A DNA stretch of 64,000 nucleotides. Origin: Pyrinomonadaceae bacterium. GTDB taxonomy: Bacteria; Acidobacteriota; Blastocatellia; Pyrinomonadales; Pyrinomonadaceae. A model generated the notes under the pieces. That model saw only the letters and a program-made list of their open reading frames with translations, ran no database searches and was not told the DNA's origin. This document shows, piece after piece, positions 54,867-63,952 of the stretch (positions are counted from its first letter, which is position 1; every line of letters starts with the position of its first letter). Where the stretch lies: positions 117,870 through 181,869 of the forward strand of contig DASVTR010000020.1 in assembly GCA_036387475.1 (NCBI GenBank). Direction: 5' to 3'. Both the position numbers and the translations under genes were made by a program.

Positions 54867-54917
54867 AGAGCCGGAATCATCAAGCAGGTGTCAGAACCGC
54901 TTGATGATTCCGGCTCT
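54867..54917. terminator. 19-bp perfect hairpin between convergent genes (no U tract)
   Basis: agagccggaatcatcaagc-13 nt-gcttgatgattccggctct. Confidence 0.55.
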
Positions 54918-54946
54918 CTAGCCTATCGGTGAATCTCCCTTCGGAG

Positions 54947-57900
54947 TCAGCGAGGGTTGGCGCTTTCGGCAGCCGAGAGTGTTCTGGCAATGTCTGTGAA
55001 GCCCAGACGGTTCGCTAAATCCAGAGCCGTTTCACCGCTGCTATCCTGCGCGGAGAGGTCTGCGCCGTGTCGCAGCAGAAAGTCAACGGTCGCCCGCTGC
55101 TTATGCCTGACGGCGTACATCAGCGGAGTCCGCCCGTTGCGGTCACGCGCGTTGATGTCTGCGCCGCCCTGCAAGAGCGCTTCGGCCATCGGCAGGATGA
55201 TACGATCAGGCCGGTATTCCATAGAGATCAACATCAAAGCCGTGCGTTCCTCTTCGTCGCGCGCGTTTATGTCCGCGCCCCTGCTGAGCAATCGTGCTAC
55301 AACGTTCTGACGCGGGTGCAGGTCATCCGCCGTTATCGTGCTGCCGTCAAAGAGGCCGCGATAACGCGCCGCGCTCAACAGCGCCGTTCCCTTGACCGTC
55401 TTCTCGTTGATGTCCGCCCCTTTTGAGAGCAGCAGGTCAATCGCTGCCGGTGAATAGATGGCCGCGACCATCAGCGGCGTGCGATTGTTTGAGTCCTGCA
55501 CGCGAATATCCGCGCCGTGTTCGAGCAGCACGCGCACAGACTCCGGGAAGTCTATGGTGATCGCGCTCATCAGCGGAGTCGTCGTCACGTCCGTTTTATA
55601 CGGCGGCGTCCACCCGCGATTAAGCATCACAGGCGCGTTCACATCAGCGCCCTTGTCTAGTAGTAGCTCTATGATGGGCGCTCCCTGCTGCATGATTCTT
55701 CCGACATCCGGGTGATAGCCCATTGACCAAAGGGGCACGGGCACGCCCGAAGCATTAAACGCCTTGACCAGATTGACCGAGCCGTCTTCAACCGAAGAGG
55801 CCATTAGCTCCTTCTTCAAAAGCTGCCAGCCGGAGACGGCGAGGACGACGGCGCTGGCGAGCGCAATGGCTCTGCCGTGTGCAATGCGTGGCCGCTCCGG
55901 TTTCGGCGCGCTCGCGGGCGCTGATACTTCTGCAATAGTGCTCACACGCTCGCCGTCAATCTCGCGCGCCTTCATGTAGAGTACGGCATGCTCTATCGCT
56001 GTCCGCACCTGCAACAGGTTCAGACAAAAGGCCAGCAGCGTCATAAACGGCAACAAGATGACCAGCGCATCAACCATCGGAGGCCGCGGCGATGGCGTGC
56101 GCGCCACTACGTCAACCAACACGCCCAGCGTTGCCAGCGCCAATTGATAAACCAGCAGCGTGAACAAAACTGACGCCAGATGCAGCGCTCTGATGTCCAA
56201 CACCAGCCGTCGCACATGCGCCGCCAGCCTTTTTGCTCTCTCAAGCGCCGCGCGCCCGCTGAGCTTTTCTGTAATTGCGAGCGGCAGCAATAGCAACGAA
56301 TCGAAGTATGCCCTCCATCCATCGCGACGCAGCGACAGCAATTGGCGAAAACAATCGCCCACGCCGCTTAAGACCGCGCTTGCCAGCGGCGCGCTTTCCT
56401 TCCGCACTGCGCGGGAGATTGCTTTAGCGGTGTCGCTTGATTGAGCAGCGTCTGGAAGCTGTTCGACCAGGAGCGTGCAGGCGGCTGTCGTCGTGGCGTT
56501 GCCGTAAAGAGTCAAAAACAGCATGACGAGCCAGAGCAGGCTAAACACTATGAGCGACACAGCAGGCGACAACACGGGCAGCAACACCGCTCCGAGCAGA
56601 AGCAGCATGGCAAAACTTATGACGGGTGCGTGAACACGCGCCGCCGTCTTCAGAAAGAGCCACTTGTGCTTTTGATAGAGGGCGTGCGCCTCTCTGCGGA
56701 TAGCGCTCTCGCCTTCAGCGCCCAGCCGCAGGGCGCACGCAAACGCACCGGCAGTCGCAGGCCGTCCCGCACGCTCCTTCGAGAGCGCGCCGTTGAGCGT
56801 TTCCCAGACCCCAGGGGGTAACCCCGGACGCTTCTCAGAGAGCGGCGGCGGCGGCATCTCTTTATGCTTGGAGAGCAAATCTGTCGTCGTGCCCGCGAAC
56901 GGCGCTTCCCCGGCAAGCATTTGATAAGCGATGACGCCGAGGCTGTAAATATCTGAGGCTGTATCAAGCCGCTCGCCGCGACACTGCTCCGGCGACATGT
57001 ATGTCGGCGTGCCCAGAACCATCCCCGTGCGGCTGAACCAGTGCGGGGCGGTGCGCGTATCCAGTTGGCCGATGGTCGGTCGAGTCAATGCTCGTTCCGA
57101 GGCTTCGTCGTCGTCCACATCGGAAGCTTTTCGCTCGTCTGCGTTGTTGTTTAATGCCGCAGGCGTGGGCGGCGCGGAGAAGACGCGCAGGAGCGTGTGC
57201 GCTTCATCATCAGTTAAGACGCGCGTGCGGTTGGGAAGCGCACTTGCGGGCGGAGGCTGTGAGACGACGCCGCTCGCTTCATCCAATGTTACGTCGCGCA
57301 GCTTGGCAAGACCGAAGTCCAGCACTTTGACTTGATAACCGCCGCGCTTGAGCGGCTCCAGCCAGATATTTTCGGGCTTGAGATCGCGATGCAGAATGCC
57401 TGCGTGGTGTGCTTCGTCAATGGCGCGGCAAACCTGTTCGAGAATACTGACGACCTCTTCGAGCGCCAATTCCTTCTTCTCCTTCAATAAGTCTGCGAGC
57501 GTCAATCCCTCAAGATATTCCATCACGAGATAGGCGACCGCGTGTGCTCCCGCCTGCGCCGACAAGCCGAAGTCCGTGACGTTGACGACGTTCGGGTGAT
57601 TGAGCATCCCCGCGGCTTTGGCCTCGCGCTTGAAACGCTCTACGAACTCAGGATTCGCCATAAACTCAGGCGCGATAATCTTGATGGCGACGCGGCGGCC
57701 CGTGCCCTGATGCGTCGCGCGATAAACAGCGCCCATCCCGCCCTGCCCGCGCCGCTCCTCAATCAGATACTTACCGTCCAGCACTTGGCCCAACAGATAA
57801 TCCGGCGGGCGCGTGTGATTCGCCGCTGCCTGCTCGTCGGCCTCGAACGCGCCAACAATCCGCCCCTGCCAGTCGCCAAACTGCCCCGCCAGATTTGTCC

Positions 57901-58138
57901 CGACTATTGGAGTCTCCATAAAGTCCTCGCCTTCCTCGTGCGACGCCAGAAGCGCGAGCGCTTCGTCTCTCAGCGACGCATCCCCGGCGCAACTGCGGCG
58001 GATAAACTCCGCGCGCTCACCCGGCGCAATCTCCAACGCCTGATGAAAGATTTGGTTGAGCTTTTCCCAGTCGTAGGTCATACGGCTCGCTTTGAGTTTC
58101 GGGGTTTGTGACGCGTGCCCCTCTCGTTGTACTCTCAT
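54947..58138 (-). CDS. Ser/Thr protein kinase with a multi-TM region and C-terminal ankyrin repeats
   Basis: VAIKII, HRDLKPENI, DFGLAK, GTPTYMSPE. Long hydrophobic middle section. At least 4 ankyrin units (G.TPLM.A......V..LL..GADI). The start at 58138 (GGAG 4 nt upstream) is preferred over 58303 or 58081. Confidence 0.85.
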   Translation of the reverse strand: MRVQREGHASQTPKLKASRMTYDWEKLNQIFHQALEIAPGERAEFIRRSCAGDASLRDEALALLASHEEGEDFMETPIVGTNLAGQFGDWQGRIVGAFEADEQAAANHTRPPDYLLGQVLDGKYLIEERRGQGGMGAVYRATHQGTGRRVAIKIIAPEFMANPEFVERFKREAKAAGMLNHPNVVNVTDFGLSAQAGAHAVAYLVMEYLEGLTLADLLKEKKELALEEVVSILEQVCRAIDEAHHAGILHRDLKPENIWLEPLKRGGYQVKVLDFGLAKLRDVTLDEASGVVSQPPPASALPNRTRVLTDDEAHTLLRVFSAPPTPAALNNNADERKASDVDDDEASERALTRPTIGQLDTRTAPHWFSRTGMVLGTPTYMSPEQCRGERLDTASDIYSLGVIAYQMLAGEAPFAGTTTDLLSKHKEMPPPPLSEKRPGLPPGVWETLNGALSKERAGRPATAGAFACALRLGAEGESAIRREAHALYQKHKWLFLKTAARVHAPVISFAMLLLLGAVLLPVLSPAVSLIVFSLLWLVMLFLTLYGNATTTAACTLLVEQLPDAAQSSDTAKAISRAVRKESAPLASAVLSGVGDCFRQLLSLRRDGWRAYFDSLLLLPLAITEKLSGRAALERAKRLAAHVRRLVLDIRALHLASVLFTLLVYQLALATLGVLVDVVARTPSPRPPMVDALVILLPFMTLLAFCLNLLQVRTAIEHAVLYMKAREIDGERVSTIAEVSAPASAPKPERPRIAHGRAIALASAVVLAVSGWQLLKKELMASSVEDGSVNLVKAFNASGVPVPLWSMGYHPDVGRIMQQGAPIIELLLDKGADVNAPVMLNRGWTPPYKTDVTTTPLMSAITIDFPESVRVLLEHGADIRVQDSNNRTPLMVAAIYSPAAIDLLLSKGADINEKTVKGTALLSAARYRGLFDGSTITADDLHPRQNVVARLLSRGADINARDEEERTALMLISMEYRPDRIILPMAEALLQGGADINARDRNGRTPLMYAVRHKQRATVDFLLRHGADLSAQDSSGETALDLANRLGFTDIARTLSAAESANPR

Positions 58139-58258
58139 TTTACTCCGGCTCGTTTTGCGCGCGGCTCGCTTCTGCGTTTTTTGTCCTTCACTATAGATAG
58201 CGAGAAACGCCCATGTTTCCGCCCACCGCTCGCGAAAAAATTTCGGAGGTGAAGCAAA

Positions 58259-58840
58259 ATGTCGTCCAGATCGCAAGAGGTCAGCTTGCTGCTCGAACAG
58301 CACAGGCAGGGCCAGCCGGAGGCTTTCACGAAACTCCTGGCATTAGTATACGATGAGTTGCGCAGGCTGGCCGCTTACCAACTCCAAACAGAGCGCCCCG
58401 ATCACACGCTGCAACCGACCGCGCTCGTACATGAAGCTTACTTGCGGATTGCCGTTGAAGGGCAGCACATACAGTGGCAGAACAAGGCGCACTTCTTCGC
58501 GCTCGCAGCGCAGGTGATGCGGCACGTCCTCGTAGACCACGCCCGCGCGCACCGCACGGAAAAGCGTGGCGCAGGACAGACGAAAATCCCGCTTGAAGAA
58601 GCCGAACAACTTTCCGCCACAGCCAATCTCGATTTGGTCTTGCTCGACGAAGCGCTCCGTGCGCTGGCCGAAAAGGACGAGCGCAAAAGCCGCATCGTCG
58701 AGCTACGCTATTTCGGCGGACTCTCCATCGAAGAGACAGCCGAAGTGCTCGGCCTCTCTCCAACCACCGTGCGCCGCGAGTGGACGCTAACCAAAGCGTG
58801 GCTGCGACGCGAGATGAAGAGCAAGGGTAAAGAGAAATAA
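58259..58840 (+). CDS. ECF-type RNA polymerase sigma factor (kinase-associated, TIGR02999-like type)
   Basis: LLALVYDELRRLAAYQL...HTLQPTALVHEAYLRI (region 2). LRYFGGLSIEETAEVLGLSPTTVRREW (region 4). Confidence 0.85.
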   Translation: MSSRSQEVSLLLEQHRQGQPEAFTKLLALVYDELRRLAAYQLQTERPDHTLQPTALVHEAYLRIAVEGQHIQWQNKAHFFALAAQVMRHVLVDHARAHRTEKRGAGQTKIPLEEAEQLSATANLDLVLLDEALRALAEKDERKSRIVELRYFGGLSIEETAEVLGLSPTTVRREWTLTKAWLRREMKSKGKEK

Positions 58841-58970
58841 TAGTATGGAACGACGCACAGACGGGGCGGTCTGTATTGCCTGCGCATTGACCAACCGCGA
58901 TGATCTAGCTAAGTCGCGGCTGGTGGAGTAACATTTAGCGTGCCTTAAATTCTTTGCTTGATAGCATCCG

Positions 58971-59222
58971 ATGAAGAAACAGAAGCTCTTACGTAAAGCG
59001 CTAACAAGCCCCAAGAACTTCCGTTTTAATGACATGGTGACGCTGGTTGAGGCTTTTGGTTTTCGCTTAGCCCGCTCAAGTGGGAGCCATCATGTTTTTG
59101 TTCATCCAGAGATTGCAGAACTGGTTAACTTGCAAGAAGTTCAAGGTCAGGCCAAGCCTTATCAGGTCGGCCAGTTTCTTCATCTGGTCGAGCGCTATAA
59201 TCTCAAACTCGGAGAAGAATAA
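58971..59222 (+). CDS. hicA: type II toxin-antitoxin system HicA family toxin
   Basis: ...GFRLARSSGSHHVFVHP... core. TAATG overlap with the next gene. Confidence 0.75.
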   Translation: MKKQKLLRKALTSPKNFRFNDMVTLVEAFGFRLARSSGSHHVFVHPEIAELVNLQEVQGQAKPYQVGQFLHLVERYNLKLGEE

Positions 59223-59443
59223 TGAAGGATTATCACATCAACATCTTCTATAGTGAAGATGACGGCGGCTACATCGCCGATATTCCAGACCTTCGGGTGT
59301 GTTCTGCCTTTGGGCACTCGCCCGCAGAGGCTCTGGCAGAGGTTGAAATTGCTAAACGACTTTGGCTGGAGACGGCCCGCGCCGAAGGTAAACCAATCCC
59401 CAGGCCGCGCTACCGCCCGGCAATTTACAAGCTGGCGTCCTAA
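59222..59443 (+). CDS. hicB: type II toxin-antitoxin system HicB family antitoxin
   Basis: YHINIFYSEDDGGYIADIPDLRVCSAFGHSPAEALAEVEIA (UPF0150/HicB N-domain). Confidence 0.8.
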   Translation: MKDYHINIFYSEDDGGYIADIPDLRVCSAFGHSPAEALAEVEIAKRLWLETARAEGKPIPRPRYRPAIYKLAS

Positions 59444-59501
59444 GAGACAGGCAAACTGCTTTCATACTCTCACCAACGTCCGCCGCGAAATGAAAAGCAA
59501 A

Positions 59502-59552
59502 GATGAAGGCACGGCTACCCGAACTTGAGTAGCCGCGCCTTCATCCTTTTTT
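59502..59552 (+). terminator. rho-independent terminator after hicB
   Basis: gatgaaggcacggctac-10 nt-gtagccgcgccttcatc followed by cttttttc. Confidence 0.75.
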
Positions 59553-59743
59553 CTGCTTCCGATAGCCACCAAGAAGCAGTTTGAAAATTCCTGTCCAACC
59601 ACGTTCGGCTGTCTATTCACTGCCTTTCTTCTATTGGCGCATCCTTCGAGTCTTTCACCAGAGCGATAGGGTGAAGACAATCCTGTTTATTGCGATAGCC
59701 CTCGTCCGCGCTGAACGAGTTGTTAGACTGCGCGCTCGCGTCG

Positions 59744-60667
59744 CTACGACGCGTTGATCCAGAAACCAAAGTTGCGATAGACGGACATCGTCCACCAGAT
59801 TGATGTCTGGTACTTGCGATTAGTACGACCGGCCTGGCTTTGCAATGGGCGCACGACTTTCGAACCGCTACGGACAGCCTTCTTGGCTGTCGTCTCTGGA
59901 ACTACAGGGCAGATGTGGCCTGAGCGGTTTGGTATTTTATGCTGGGCGCTGATGATAACCGCCTGCCCGTCGTTGGCAGCATTCTGCATTTCTGTGAGAT
60001 CGAAAGTTCTCTTCCAGCCAAACTTTGGGCCAAAGTCTCTGAACCATTCGAATAAACTATTCGCATTTAATTCAACCACTGTATTACCGTAAGAAGGCCG
60101 GACGGTTCTTCCCACTCTGAGTTCTTCGAGAGCCGAATGCGTCCACCAGACTCTCGGCACATACACGCCACCCAGATAGCTGTAATCATACGCATAGATA
60201 TTACAGTAAGTGCTGGTGGGCTTTGGGCGAAACCGGGCTTTGTTTTCAACGTCCAGCCATTTAATTATTTCAGTCAGCGCTTTAGCCTTCTCCGCGTTGC
60301 TCGAAGAACTCTTACGCGTCGGTTGCCCCGCTTCATTCAGCGGGTAAGCATATTGAGTGTTGTTACGGGTGACTTTCATAGTACCTGGGATTGGGAGATG
60401 AACCGCCGTAATACTACGAACCGGGTCTGGCGCGACAAAAGTTGAATCGGGGACTAAAAACCTGCTGCTCGCAAACCCGCTCACGCTCGCGCCTTCGATT
60501 GTGGTTGACACTTCCCACCACCCCGCGACAGACGAATCCGCCACTTTAGTCACCAATTGCCCCATTGGGAGCACGGCTATTTTGGTGCTCTCTTTAACAA
60601 CCGGCTCTGACCTGAGAAACAAGCCCATTGTTGCCTTGTCACTAACTCTGAATTTTGATTGTGACAT
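59744..60667 (-). CDS. SH3b-like N-domain protein with a C-terminal putative Cys/His (papain-fold, NlpC/P60-CHAP-like) hydrolase domain
   Basis: N-terminus LFLRSEPVVKESTKIAVLPMGQLVTKV...GWWEV...GFASSRFL (SH3b pattern). Later TSTYCNIYAYDY and SGHICPVVPE are candidate catalytic Cys and His. No signal peptide. The domain call is tentative. Confidence 0.45.
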   Translation of the reverse strand: MSQSKFRVSDKATMGLFLRSEPVVKESTKIAVLPMGQLVTKVADSSVAGWWEVSTTIEGASVSGFASSRFLVPDSTFVAPDPVRSITAVHLPIPGTMKVTRNNTQYAYPLNEAGQPTRKSSSSNAEKAKALTEIIKWLDVENKARFRPKPTSTYCNIYAYDYSYLGGVYVPRVWWTHSALEELRVGRTVRPSYGNTVVELNANSLFEWFRDFGPKFGWKRTFDLTEMQNAANDGQAVIISAQHKIPNRSGHICPVVPETTAKKAVRSGSKVVRPLQSQAGRTNRKYQTSIWWTMSVYRNFGFWINAS

Positions 60668-60895
60668 GATACTTCTGCCTCCTTCATGACAGACGGTGAA
60701 ACAGAGGAACGATGAACTAGCGATTGCTTGAGCTATCGTTAGCGTGGAAGTGCGAGGTTAAAGCGTATGCAAAATAGCTGTGAAGGATTTCGTTGTCAAT
60801 AGATTCGTGAGGATGCAGCCCGAACGCCCGAATCAAATCGGCGCGAGCGAGCCGCCCTTCAATTCACAACGTCAGGAATGATGACGAAAGTCATG

Positions 60896-61705
60896 CTAGC
60901 GGTTGACAGGCTCGGATGACTCTTCGGGCGACACTGCACGGATATAGTTTAGTTGGGAAGACTTTCTGACAGGCTCTTCTCTGAGCTTGTCTATGAATTC
61001 CTTCTCGAAATATTCAAGCATCTCCTGTTTATCGCCGCCGTTCGGACAGCGGTAATCTATCATCGTTAGTCTGACAACGCTCTGCTTATCCTTTTCGCTG
61101 ATGGTAACGCGTGCCATGCCCGTGCAGGAACCGAAACCAATCTCGAACGTATCCGCTTCCCAAAACTGAGGGAGCACATCGTTGGATGGTAGGTGGCTCA
61201 TCCGTTCCACCAATTCCTTTTTGGAAAACGCGAACTGATACGTGTTGTCATAAGCAGTCTTTTTGCTAAACGATGTGGCTGTGAAAGCAAAGAGCGAAAG
61301 GGCCGCGATGAAACAGATCAAGGGGCGTTGGACGGCAATCTTCGGAGGACTCCAGCGATAAACATATGAGAGAGGTAAAACCAGCAAAGCTGAGAGATCA
61401 GTGTCATCAATTGTTCTCTCAACCGGGAAGAGATGCAAACTATTCCAGCCATCAATGAAGGGCTGCGAATAAATGGATTTCCAGAATAGAAATAAGATGG
61501 CGGTGACGACGTAAGACGAAGTCTTGAGGCGTGGGAACAGGGCCGACCAGAAGAGTGGAAAGATGAACAGCCCTGCGAAATCAGAGAGCTTGCCCGTCAA
61601 TTCATTATGAAATTGCTGCTTGAAGATAAAATCATTCAACAGCAGCAGGCATAAACCGGCCAGAAAGCCGGGCGATGCCATGATACGTAAATCCCTCTCA
61701 CTCAT
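60896..61705 (-). CDS. membrane protein (4-5 TM) with a soluble C-terminal domain, function unknown
   Basis: LLLLNDFIFKQ...GKLSDFAGLFIFPLFW and further TM segments. About 50% G+C. Confidence 0.55.
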   Translation of the reverse strand: MSERDLRIMASPGFLAGLCLLLLNDFIFKQQFHNELTGKLSDFAGLFIFPLFWSALFPRLKTSSYVVTAILFLFWKSIYSQPFIDGWNSLHLFPVERTIDDTDLSALLVLPLSYVYRWSPPKIAVQRPLICFIAALSLFAFTATSFSKKTAYDNTYQFAFSKKELVERMSHLPSNDVLPQFWEADTFEIGFGSCTGMARVTISEKDKQSVVRLTMIDYRCPNGGDKQEMLEYFEKEFIDKLREEPVRKSSQLNYIRAVSPEESSEPVNR

Positions 61706-61744
61706 TTTCTTTTCACTAAACGAACCGTGGAGCTTTCGTACAGC

Positions 61745-62275
61745 CTAAACCCCATATCCCTCATTCCGGCATTTGATACCTTTAACCGATATTTCTTCAA
61801 ACTTCTCTGTCTTACGATTAGCCCGCCATGCCCGCCGTATGCGAGTAAAGAACTCCGCTTCAAATTCTTCATCTGCGATTGCTGCGATTTCTCCGTCAGG
61901 CTTCTGAGCTAAGAAACACAGAGAATAGACTAGAATCTGTTTTCTAAGAATCTTTGGAAGGACGAGCACGTCTTTGACCTCCCAATAGGCAGCTCCGGAA
62001 TCATCGCGATGCGTCAATCGCTCAAACCAAAGCATTTTTACCTTGCCTTTGTGGACTTCGCTCATCCCGTATTCCTTAACATCTCCTACATCCGAGACTA
62101 AACTCCCGCCCACCTCTTGAAGGCCGGCAGGGAGGGACGGGCCATGTCGCAAGCCTATATACTTCGCAGACTCACCCGCAGAAGCATTTCGCTGACCGCG
62201 CACGGGCGCTTGCTGCGCAAAGGCGCAGGGCAATACAACGACACAAGCAATCAGGAACAGCGCCAAAGATTTCAT
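61745..62275 (-). CDS. secreted hypothetical protein
   Basis: Signal peptide MKSLALFLIACVVVLPCAFAQQ. Stops 39 nt upstream of the membrane-protein gene. Confidence 0.5.
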   Translation of the reverse strand: MKSLALFLIACVVVLPCAFAQQAPVRGQRNASAGESAKYIGLRHGPSLPAGLQEVGGSLVSDVGDVKEYGMSEVHKGKVKMLWFERLTHRDDSGAAYWEVKDVLVLPKILRKQILVYSLCFLAQKPDGEIAAIADEEFEAEFFTRIRRAWRANRKTEKFEEISVKGIKCRNEGYGV

Positions 62276-62641
62276 CAGCCACTCCTTTTGTGAAGCATAC
62301 GACTGCCGCCCCGTACCGTATGTAGAAACTCTTAAAATGATTGCGCCCACAAGCTTGTGATGTCGAGCCGTTTGGCATCAAGCTTTCCGTTTCAACCTAT
62401 CATAGCGCCCGCCGCGCCGCCAGAGAAAGAGACGCCTACGGCCTGCGCCGCAGCAGTAAAAGAGCCTGTGAGCGTGGAACACGATGCAGAAGAAAAGCCC
62501 ACCCACTCAACCCAGATAGCGAGACTTTCATCCTTTTACCTGCCCTTCTGCCGCCGCGCCGCGAGTCAACTTCGTGATAGAATGCGGCATCAATAATTTC
62601 TCCCATAAATTTCCCGAACAGACTGGTAAGGAATTGAGAAT

Positions 62642-63952
62642 ATGAAAGCACTCTACACAGCAATCTTTTGTCTCCTCTTAACCGTGTGCGCGAGCGCGCA
62701 AAGCTTTAAGCCGCCGCGCGAAGCGGCAATGGATCGTTTCCTGCGCTACTTGAAGATTGATACGCAGTCGGCGGAGGATCAACAGACCGTGCCGAGCACG
62801 AAGAAGCAGTTTGACTTGGCGAATTTGCTGGCGAAAGAGTTGAAGGAACTCGGCGCGCAGGGTGTACGCGTCAGCGAGTACGCCATTGTCTACGCGACTA
62901 TTCCCGGCAACCTCGCGGACAACTCGAAAGTCCCCGTCATAGGCTTCATCGCGCACATGGATACCTCTCCGGCAGTCTCCGGCGCAAACGTCAATCCAAT
63001 CATCCACAAAAATTATCAGGGCGGCGACATCGTTCTGCCCAACGACAAGACGCAGGTCATCACCGTCGAGAAAAACCCTTATCTCAAAGAATTAATCGGC
63101 GACGACATTATCACAGCCGACGGTACGACCCTGCTCGGCTCTGACGATAAAGCAGGCATCGCAGAGATTATGACCATGATTGACACCCTGCGCGAAAACC
63201 CTGCCATCAAGCACGGCACAATCGCTGTCGCCTTTACGCCCGACGAGGAAGTTGGCGGCGGCATAGACAAGTTTGACATCAAAGGCTTCGGCGCGCAGTT
63301 CGCCTATACTGTGGACGGTGAACAACTGGGCGACATTAGCGACGAAACATGGAGCGCGCGCACGGCGACCGTTACCTTCAAAGGCAAAAGCACGCATCCG
63401 GGGACGGCCAAGGGCATCATGGTCAACGCAGCCTACGCCATCGCAGATTACCTCTCGCGCTTTCCCAAAGACATGCTCCCGGAAACCACAGAAGGCCGCG
63501 TCGGCTTCGTACACCCATACACGGGCACGCTCGATGTCGAAGAATCCAGCTTGAAGATTCTGCTGCGCGATTTTGATTTAAGCGGGCTGGAAGCGAAGGA
63601 AGCCAATTTACGCGAGATGGTCAAACAGACGCAGGAGAAATTCCCCGCCGTCAAAATCAGCATTGAAGTCAAAGAGAATTACAAGAACATGAAAGAGGTG
63701 TTGAAGAATCATCCGCAACTCACGGAATACGCGATGGAGGCAACACGCCGCGCCGGACTCAAGCCGATGATTCGTCCCATTCGCGGCGGCACAGACGGCT
63801 CAAACCTGACCTTCCGTGGCCTGCCGACCCCGAACCTCTTCACCGGCGGCATGAATTTCCACGGCAAGCTCGAATACAACTCCCGCCGTGGCTTGGAAAA
63901 ATCAACCGAGACGCTCCTTCATCTCGTACAGCTTTTCGCTGGAAAGAAATAA
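62642..63952 (+). CDS. pepT: peptidase T-like M20B tripeptide aminopeptidase with an N-terminal signal peptide
   Basis: FIAHMDTSP, GSDDKAGIAEI, FTPDEEVGGG, RGGTDGS. The N-terminus MKALYTAIFCLLLTVCASAQ looks exported. Confidence 0.8.
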   Translation: MKALYTAIFCLLLTVCASAQSFKPPREAAMDRFLRYLKIDTQSAEDQQTVPSTKKQFDLANLLAKELKELGAQGVRVSEYAIVYATIPGNLADNSKVPVIGFIAHMDTSPAVSGANVNPIIHKNYQGGDIVLPNDKTQVITVEKNPYLKELIGDDIITADGTTLLGSDDKAGIAEIMTMIDTLRENPAIKHGTIAVAFTPDEEVGGGIDKFDIKGFGAQFAYTVDGEQLGDISDETWSARTATVTFKGKSTHPGTAKGIMVNAAYAIADYLSRFPKDMLPETTEGRVGFVHPYTGTLDVEESSLKILLRDFDLSGLEAKEANLREMVKQTQEKFPAVKISIEVKENYKNMKEVLKNHPQLTEYAMEATRRAGLKPMIRPIRGGTDGSNLTFRGLPTPNLFTGGMNFHGKLEYNSRRGLEKSTETLLHLVQLFAGKK

